Positions 25,613-32,000 of a stretch of DNA of 32,000 nt are shown piece by piece (position 1 is the stretch's first letter; every line of letters starts with the position of its first letter). The DNA comes from Pirellula staleyi DSM 6068 (GTDB lineage Bacteria; Planctomycetota; Planctomycetia; Pirellulales; Pirellulaceae). The stretch lies in assembly GCA_000025185.1 (NCBI GenBank), contig CP001848.1, positions 3,660,001-3,692,000 of the forward strand, given 5' to 3'. The translations under genes were made by a program, and so were the position numbers. The notes under the pieces are model-generated. The model was not told the DNA's origin. It saw only the letters and a program-made list of their open reading frames with translations, and did not search any database.

Positions 25613-27526
25613 CTAACGGAAAAGAGGGGACTGGAACGCCCCCTGCTGCGGAAGTGCACCTTGCTGATTGTCGGGCACTGGCTGGAAGCTGCGGATGCGG
25701 CCGCGGGGAGTCAGCCCTTCAACCGAAATCGGCTCACGCAAGCTTTCGATCGCCATGTTCCCGGCCGAATCACGCACTTCGATCCGGAGGTAGATCTGCC
25801 GCGGACTTCGAGGATCAAATTCCCAAAAGTATTGTCCCGTGTTGGGCAGCCCAGCGGCGATCGGGGTAAAAGGCCCCTCGGGACGTTCTGCCATCGATAG
25901 CGTGATGGGACGAGGCAACAGATGTTTGTCCGAAGCTTCCCAGCGGATGTCGAGCCTACCAGCCTGATCGCCACTTCCGTAGGCTGCTTGGGTGATACGA
26001 GCCGTCGGTTTCGTGGTATCGATGCCAACCCAAATGTCGGACGGATCGCCCGACTTCGGCTGATTGCCCACAAGTCCGTTGCGGCCAATAATCACCACAC
26101 GAAAACCGTAGCTCGCTTCACCACTCACTTCCACATCCATTGGACTTTGGCGGTCGGGGTCGCTCCCCCATTTCATCCAGGTCTGTCCGCCGTCGTTGGT
26201 CCCCCACAGTTCCACTTCCGCAATCCCCTCGGGGCCAACGGTTTCTACGTCGTAGTCGAGCGTGAAGCGTTTGGTGTTTGTAAGACGCGTGGGGGCATCG
26301 AGCAAATCATCTTGCGAAGCCGAAGGCCGTGACGCATCGGGTTGTCCACTCGATGCGGGAGGGGGCAGGACTTCCTCGCTTCGCATCACTGTCTGTGGCT
26401 GCGATGGAGGAGGGGCATACGACTCGCGCGGAGCAGGATTCTCGAACTCCGGTGGAAGTGGCGTGTCTGACGGGAGTGGTCGCGAGCTATCGGATACAGC
26501 TGGTGGATACTGCGGCTGTTCGTACGACGGTGGGGGCAAAGCTTCGCTCCCCAGCATGGTGTCGCTTCCGCTGGGTGGAGGGAGCGATTCGACACTGTTG
26601 CCATCGCGCGGCACACTCGCCAGACGATCTGTTCGCAGATTGGCTGGGTATGGATTGTTAACGATCTCTCCTTGCGTGTTCTCTTGAGGAACGTTGGTCG
26701 CTGGAGGGACGGTCGAAGGTGGAAGTTGATTGTCGGTGGGCCACGGACGCGCCGAAGGATCGATCTGCGATGCTGCCATCTGGGGCGGAGCGACTTGCGG
26801 CTGAACCGTTTCTCCCATCCGAACTTGCTGTGTGTAATACCCCACGTTCCCGGCAGCGTCTGCGACCTCGGCTCGCAAGTTAATGTTGCGGCTGCGGGCC
26901 ACAATGCTGGCCGTGACACGTCCCGTCAGTGTGCCGATCAGTGGCGCGGCGTTGGTCCGGTCGACTTGAATCTCTTGCCAAGGACTGCCGAGATCCGCAG
27001 TGTCCTGATATTCCAGACGCAGTGTCCCTGGATTCAAGTTGGCATCAATCGCACTAAAAGCGATCGTCAATTGGTTCGCCCCCGCTGGATCGGCTTGCAG
27101 GCTGATCTGCGGTTTCTGCGTATCGACAATCAGCCGCAGCTGAGCACGGTGTGAGGCATTGGTGGGGCGTGTGTCCCCTTCCACCGTTTGGGTACTGAAC
27201 CAAAACTCGCCATCCCGTTTGGCTCGAAACCGAAAGCGGCCATCGCTCGGCTTCCGCTCTTCGAAGAAATGCCAATTCGCTCCCCGATCCCACGAAACAT
27301 ACACCAGCACTCGCACCGGCTGTCCCGAGGGACTGGTGGAAGCTTTCACGCTAAACGGAATTTCGACTTCCGCTTGCCGCGTGGCGTAAGGAGGTGGAAG
27401 CGGCGGTGCAGATTCGGCTGAGGCTCCCCCTGCGCCGCCACTGGAGAAAGGAAGACCCTGCGCAGCGGCCAGCCCGGTCGACAATGCGACCATCACCGCA
27501 GCAGCAGTGGCAGACCACCAGCGCAT
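25613..27526 (-). CDS. Secreted hypothetical protein: two copies of a two-domain beta-rich unit (Asp-box-like motifs) separated by a Pro-rich linker
   Basis: The ATG at 27526 gives the signal peptide 'MRWWSATAAAVMVALSTGLAAAQG'; the track start at 27556 is a GTG. Asp-box-like motifs 'SWDRGANW' and 'TNDGGQTW'. Repeated 'VDTQKPQ'/'IDTTKPT' and 'LRAEVADAAGN'/'LRIEVRDSAGN'. Confidence 0.7.
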   Translation of the reverse strand: MRWWSATAAAVMVALSTGLAAAQGLPFSSGGAGGASAESAPPLPPPYATRQAEVEIPFSVKASTSPSGQPVRVLVYVSWDRGANWHFFEERKPSDGRFRFRAKRDGEFWFSTQTVEGDTRPTNASHRAQLRLIVDTQKPQISLQADPAGANQLTIAFSAIDANLNPGTLRLEYQDTADLGSPWQEIQVDRTNAAPLIGTLTGRVTASIVARSRNINLRAEVADAAGNVGYYTQQVRMGETVQPQVAPPQMAASQIDPSARPWPTDNQLPPSTVPPATNVPQENTQGEIVNNPYPANLRTDRLASVPRDGNSVESLPPPSGSDTMLGSEALPPPSYEQPQYPPAVSDSSRPLPSDTPLPPEFENPAPRESYAPPPSQPQTVMRSEEVLPPPASSGQPDASRPSASQDDLLDAPTRLTNTKRFTLDYDVETVGPEGIAEVELWGTNDGGQTWMKWGSDPDRQSPMDVEVSGEASYGFRVVIIGRNGLVGNQPKSGDPSDIWVGIDTTKPTARITQAAYGSGDQAGRLDIRWEASDKHLLPRPITLSMAERPEGPFTPIAAGLPNTGQYFWEFDPRSPRQIYLRIEVRDSAGNMAIESLREPISVEGLTPRGRIRSFQPVPDNQQGALPQQGAFQSPLFR

Positions 27527-28107
27527 CGCTGAGCCTTCCTTGGCGAGTCGATGCACAGTCCCCCCGGACCATGCCCGGAGAGCATATCGGAACGGCAGGG
27601 GGTAACACTTGAAGCACCCTTACCACAGGTGCTAGTCAGGTAGTCCAGGCAAAATAAATCGCCGTAGTAAAGTTGGCCTGAAATTCGCAAGTCCGCCATT
27701 TGTCGCAAATTGACAACAGTTGGTCGTAGAGAGCTCACTCTGGTTGGTTCTTTACCACTTCAAGGTGGATAGCACGCCCGGCTACCTCTTATCGCCCGCT
27801 CAAAACGGCGTAAGTCCCGAGAAATAAAGGCCTTCAATTGTCCATGCACAATCTGGATTATCGGTTTTGTTGGTGTAAACTGCTTACCTGGGCGCACAGT
27901 CTTTCCTCTTCCCTGACGCCCTCGAAGCGGATGATGTTTTCTAATTGCAACCTTGGTTGTGTTTATTAAGCAGCCTCTGCGAACTGGCTTGTCTACGCAC
28001 GGATTCGTAGCACTGAGTCAGATCGATCCCTCCTGCATTAAATGTGAAACCGACCACGCTGATGCCCTTGCGCAACGGCCCTGCCATTAATTTACGTGGA
28101 GTGAACC

Positions 28108-31100
28108 GTGTCTAGCCTTTCCCCGTCGTCGCGTCGTGCAGTTTTGTCGAGCAAACTCCCCCAGGCATCACGCAAACGAAAACAGCAAAGGCAGAAGAGT
28201 CGTCGCGTCTTTTTCGAATCACTTGAGCAGCGCTCGATGCTCGCCACCATCACCGGCGGCACCATTGCCGGTGGTTTTGTATCCGAGGCTGACAGCAGTT
28301 TGCTCTATTACCTTCGCGCCGACGACTCCTCAAGTGTCGTGGCAGTGGGTACTGCAGTTACCAGCTGGAACGACCAGCGTGATAGTTCGCCCAACAACTT
28401 TGTTGCTCCTGCTGTCGCAAAGCAGCCTACTTACATTGCCTCGAGCCCGAGTTTTAATGGCTTGCCAACCATTCAATTCGATGGCAGCCAAGTGAGTGCT
28501 GGCGGTGGCGTTGCGCCAAATGCTGATGAATTAGTCTTGTCTTCGAGCACCAACGTTCAGTCGGTGGTTATCGTCAGCAATCAAACGAATAACCTCTCCA
28601 TCGCGGGCTTGTGGGGGCTTGATGAGGGTGATGTTGGTATCCGCATGAATGGGACCCTATCACCCTACAATTCTTTCAATGATCCTGGTAATGGAGGCGA
28701 TTTCACAAACGCCGCTAACTCGACGCTGGCTGTAGATGGTTCGGACGCTAATAACCCTGCAGCTGTTCAAAATCGCACTCATATTGTTAGTGCAGTTCGT
28801 GGATCAGCGACAACGTTCACTGCGACAAGTATTGGTGACTACTTTAGGGTAGGTGCGAATGCTCCACGATCATGGGCAGGGGAAATTGGCGAAGTGATCG
28901 CCTTCAATCGTGCACTCAGTTCTACAGAACGCCAAATCCTTGATAATTCCCTCTCGGCAAAATTCAATGTTCAACTGGCTGGTCACGATTTCTATGCAGG
29001 CGACACTGCAATCGCCGGAAACTATGACTCGAATGTTGTCGGAATCTCTGCTACAAGTTTAGTGAATGTCGCCACAGGAAAGATTGCCACATCGTCGTCA
29101 ACCAATGGGGCTGGACCTGCACTGGCTAATGATGGCATCACCGATGGAATTTACGGTCGAGGTAGTGTCTTTCACTCTGCGCAGCAAGCGGATCCCTGGT
29201 GGGAGGTTGATCTCGGCACAAACACCAGCATTTCGCAGGTGGTACTCTACAATCGTCTGGACGGAGGTATTACTCCAAGATTTCGCGAACTCACCATCAC
29301 TGTCACCGACGCCGCTGGCACGGTGCTCTTCACATCGCCACTATTGAACGCCGGTAACGCACTCGGTGATCCTGCAACCATCTCGTACGACTTTGCTGCG
29401 GCCAATGGTGGCAATCCAGTCGTGGGGCAGAAGGTTCGGGTAACTCGCACCGTCGCTAATATCGATGACAACTCGGTTCTTCAACTCGCCGAAGTTCAAG
29501 TTCTCTCGCCAGTCGCATCGGCTGCTGTAATTAGTGCCGGACAGGCAGGCTTTGGCATGGAGTCGCTGAGTGCGCTGCCACTAAGCAACATGGTCTATGC
29601 CGGACACAAGACGGCCATCAACAGCATCGTCACGACTGACTTGCCCGCAGGGGTCACCAGTCGCTGGGATCGTGTCTGGAATGTCGACAAAACCGGGGCT
29701 GGCGTTGCCACTCGGATGGCTTTCGATTTCACCGATGCAGGACTCGTGGCTCCTGGCGCTCCCGCCAGTTATCAACTGCTCTTCACACCATCCAATGCCT
29801 TTGAGTCTGGTGAAGTTGCCTTTCAGAAACTAGTGATCCCTGGCACTGTTACCGGCGACACGGTCACCTTTGATGTACCTGCCTCAATGCTCTCCGACGG
29901 ATATTACACCGTTGGAGTGCAAGACCCCAATGTTGTCATCAACAGCAGTGCTGTTAATGGAGTTGCCGATACGTTCCGCATTGTTCGTAGTGGCAATCAA
30001 ATTGAGATCTACGAGAACGGAACTCTTGTTCAATCATCGCTCGCCGATGGCATCAATAGCATCACTATCAATGGCTCTACCGATGACGACACGTTAATTG
30101 TCGATCTGGGTGGAGGTGACGTGATCCCACTATCCAATATCAAATTCAATGCAGGAGTCGGTGGAAATGATGTCTTGACCCTCAACGGCGGTGCGAACAC
30201 GTTTGGGACAGTCACGCACACGTTTGTTTCAGCCACCGATGGTAGCGTAGCGATTACTGGGCTGGGGCTAATCAACTATACCGGCCTCGACCCGATCAAC
30301 GATAACCTCTCGGCCACCGATCGCGTCTTCAACTACACCGGTGGTGGTGAAACCATGACCGTCACCGATACCGGTGGTGCTGATGGCATGAGCACTATCA
30401 CCTCCACTCTTGGAGAATCGGTCACTTTCGTCAGCCCGACCATTTCCCTAACTATCGATGTGAACACCGGGGCTACCGTTGGGGCCGACGTCATCACCAT
30501 CACCTCGATCGATGCCGCCTATCGCGCTTCGACCACGATCCTCTCCGGCACCGACGACACGGTGAACCTCAACGCCGCCCTCACCCTCGGCAGCGGAACT
30601 TCGGTAGGCGATCTCAGCGTGATTTCGGGCGATATCAATATCACCCAAGCCATCAACACCACTGCAGGCGCTAGTGGCACCGTCACGCTCACTGCCCTGG
30701 ATGTGCTTGATACGTCAGCCGCTGCCGACATCACTTCAGGCGGCACTGTGACCATCGCAGCCACAACTCAGTACAATCTCAGCGGCGATGTCGTCTCGAC
30801 CGGCGACAGTATCACCATCAGCGGACCGATCAATCAAACCGCTAACGTGCAAATTGCCTCAGCTGGTGGCAACGTTCAAATCAACGGCACCATCAACGAT
30901 GATGGCGTTGCCAGCAATCGTAATCTCACGGTGAATGCTGGCGCGGGCAACATCAACTTTGCATCTGCGATTGGTGGCACCACTCCGCTCAATAATCTGT
31001 CGATCACTGGCGCTAACATCAACGCAGGCGCGATTGCTGTTGCTACAGCGCTTTCGGTCACTACTACCGGAACATCTCAGATCAGTGGCGTCATCAGTGG

Positions 31101-32000
31101 CGCAACCTCGCTCACTAAACTCGGCACCGGTATTCTTAGCCTTACGGCGGAGAATACCTTTACCGGTGGCACGAATGCTAACGAAGGTATCCTGAATCTT
31201 GCCGATCCCTCAACAGGTCCCATTGGCACGGTGCGTGGAACCGTCAATGTCGCTGCCGCGGGAACGCTTCGGCTGTCTACTGGCAACGCTCTTGGCTACG
31301 GCGCGGGAACCAAGGTCGATGTTCTCAATATCAATGGTGGTCTCGTCGACAACGTTGCCTCCAGCGATAACGGATGGGGCATCACCATCAACATGAATGG
31401 TGGCACGCTCCGCACGAACAATGGTGTCAGCAGCAATTCAACCGGCCAACTCTACTCGCTCGGGAATGGTTCGGCCATCAACGTATTGAGCGGAACGGCC
31501 AATGTTCAGGGACGCATCAATATCCGCGAGAGTAATCCAGGAGGTGTCCTCCCGATTAATGTTGCTAGCGGTGCAACGCTCAATTATTCCGCTGCCACCA
31601 CGCAGCAGGGCGGTACGCACGGGATCACCAAGACCGGCCTAGGCACGATGGTCCTGCAAAACGCATCCGCGGCAACAGCCGGTGGAGTTTTCACAGTTGA
31701 CGCAGGTCAGGTGGACGTTGGCCCTGGTGCCGTCAGCGATGGCGCTTGGGCTGCGAACGTCGCGATCAACAATGGCGGCACCTTGCGGCTGTTGCAAGGT
31801 AACGTGTTTAACAACACTAGCGACTTCACCATCAACACCGGCGGCACGTTCAACATGAACGGCTTCTCCGACGCGATCGGTAACCTCGCTGGCGGCGGCA
31901 ATATTACCAACAACAATGATGCCAACGGCATCTATCTCGACGATCTCAATGCCACCCACACCTTTAGTGGTTCGATCTCCGGCACAGGTCCACTCATTAT
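28108..32000 (+). CDS. Giant secreted adhesin-like protein, 3'-truncated by the window edge: LamG/ConA-like lectin domain + F5/8 type C (discoidin) domain + beta-helical repeats + autotransporter-associated beta-strand (PATR) repeats
   Basis: This ORF is absent from the track because it never reaches a stop. I translated frame 1 by hand from GTG 28108, which has an in-frame TGA at 28102-28104 and GGAG at 28098-28101, and it stays open to nt 32000 (at least 1297 codons).
- N-terminus: 'SRKRKQQRQKSRRVFFESLEQRSMLA'.
- LamG-like, about 28300-28971: '...WAGEIGEVIAFNRALSSTERQIL'.
- Discoidin, about 29062-29505: 'ANDGITDG...DPWWEVDLG...VVLYNR...LAEVQVL'.
- PATR units from 31081: 'ISGATSLTKLGTGILSLTAENTFTGGTNANEGILNL' and 'GITKTGLGTMVLQN'. 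Confidence 0.85.
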   Translation, partial: MSSLSPSSRRAVLSSKLPQASRKRKQQRQKSRRVFFESLEQRSMLATITGGTIAGGFVSEADSSLLYYLRADDSSSVVAVGTAVTSWNDQRDSSPNNFVAPAVAKQPTYIASSPSFNGLPTIQFDGSQVSAGGGVAPNADELVLSSSTNVQSVVIVSNQTNNLSIAGLWGLDEGDVGIRMNGTLSPYNSFNDPGNGGDFTNAANSTLAVDGSDANNPAAVQNRTHIVSAVRGSATTFTATSIGDYFRVGANAPRSWAGEIGEVIAFNRALSSTERQILDNSLSAKFNVQLAGHDFYAGDTAIAGNYDSNVVGISATSLVNVATGKIATSSSTNGAGPALANDGITDGIYGRGSVFHSAQQADPWWEVDLGTNTSISQVVLYNRLDGGITPRFRELTITVTDAAGTVLFTSPLLNAGNALGDPATISYDFAAANGGNPVVGQKVRVTRTVANIDDNSVLQLAEVQVLSPVASAAVISAGQAGFGMESLSALPLSNMVYAGHKTAINSIVTTDLPAGVTSRWDRVWNVDKTGAGVATRMAFDFTDAGLVAPGAPASYQLLFTPSNAFESGEVAFQKLVIPGTVTGDTVTFDVPASMLSDGYYTVGVQDPNVVINSSAVNGVADTFRIVRSGNQIEIYENGTLVQSSLADGINSITINGSTDDDTLIVDLGGGDVIPLSNIKFNAGVGGNDVLTLNGGANTFGTVTHTFVSATDGSVAITGLGLINYTGLDPINDNLSATDRVFNYTGGGETMTVTDTGGADGMSTITSTLGESVTFVSPTISLTIDVNTGATVGADVITITSIDAAYRASTTILSGTDDTVNLNAALTLGSGTSVGDLSVISGDINITQAINTTAGASGTVTLTALDVLDTSAAADITSGGTVTIAATTQYNLSGDVVSTGDSITISGPINQTANVQIASAGGNVQINGTINDDGVASNRNLTVNAGAGNINFASAIGGTTPLNNLSITGANINAGAIAVATALSVTTTGTSQISGVISGATSLTKLGTGILSLTAENTFTGGTNANEGILNLADPSTGPIGTVRGTVNVAAAGTLRLSTGNALGYGAGTKVDVLNINGGLVDNVASSDNGWGITINMNGGTLRTNNGVSSNSTGQLYSLGNGSAINVLSGTANVQGRINIRESNPGGVLPINVASGATLNYSAATTQQGGTHGITKTGLGTMVLQNASAATAGGVFTVDAGQVDVGPGAVSDGAWAANVAINNGGTLRLLQGNVFNNTSDFTINTGGTFNMNGFSDAIGNLAGGGNITNNNDANGIYLDDLNATHTFSGSISGTGPLI

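Noticed and set aside
25537-25659. 41-codon N-terminal extension of coaB
   Set aside because: The extension starts at a GTG and would overlap the 3' end of the upstream gene (stop at 25613). The homology to CoaB begins exactly at the ATG at 25536.
28136-28495. 119-aa plus-strand ORF listed in the track at the start of the giant-gene region
   Set aside because: It lies in a different frame from the ORF starting at 28108, which stays open for about 3.9 kb and carries recognisable LamG, discoidin and PATR modules. The 119-aa product is a low-complexity artefact.
28108-32000. Apparent lower GC and different codon flavour of the giant gene, as a possible sign of horizontal transfer
   Set aside because: Hand counts on individual 60-nt lines gave values from about 47% to 65% within this gene, overlapping those of neighbouring genes. 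The A/T-rich codons reflect the Asn/Ile/Thr-rich repeat composition. A windowed GC and codon-adaptation calculation is needed before claiming foreign origin.
1-32000. Search for CRISPR arrays, IS elements, integrases, toxin-antitoxin pairs or defence-island signatures
   Set aside because: I found no regularly spaced direct repeats, no transposase-, integrase- or recombinase-like ORFs and no terminal inverted repeats. The possible HicB-like ORF (8580-8855) has no HicA partner. The window looks like core chromosome, not an accessory island.

Overview
This 32-kb segment looks like chromosomal DNA from a Planctomycetota (Pirellulales-type) genome. It is moderately GC-rich, densely coding on both strands, and carries planctomycete hallmark families: a DUF1592-family/DUF1552 pair, and a giant adhesin-like ORF with a basic 'FESLEQRSMLA' N-terminus and PATR repeats.

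I call 22 protein-coding genes (two cut by the window edges), six hairpin/terminator candidates, one low-complexity repeat and one palindromic candidate operator. I saw no rRNA, tRNA, CRISPR array, transposase, integrase or phage gene.

Recognisable housekeeping genes are glgB, an RluD-like pseudouridine synthase, a stand-alone coaB, a PfpI/DJ-1 protein, a C26 glutamine-amidotransferase-type hydrolase and a PIG-L deacetylase.

The best candidate for an uncharacterised system is the minus-strand cluster at 18.2-24.5 kb. It contains a circularly permuted ATP-grasp, an alpha-E protein, an 863-aa fusion repeating both modules, and a transglutaminase-like cysteine protease whose start overlaps the fusion's stop (GTGA).

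Other items worth a second look:
- a FabF-like ketosynthase whose catalytic Cys position reads Glu
- an RNase HI-like protein with Arg at two catalytic Asp positions, sitting upstream of glgB
- the translationally coupled DUF1592-family/DUF1552 pair
- the giant ORF's N-terminus, which has no classical signal peptide
- an internally duplicated secreted protein
- an 0.8-kb stretch with no credible gene

All family calls come from reading motifs in the translated ORFs by eye, not from database searches. The ORF track renders GTG and TTG starts as M, so I checked start codons in the nucleotides and trimmed several ORFs.
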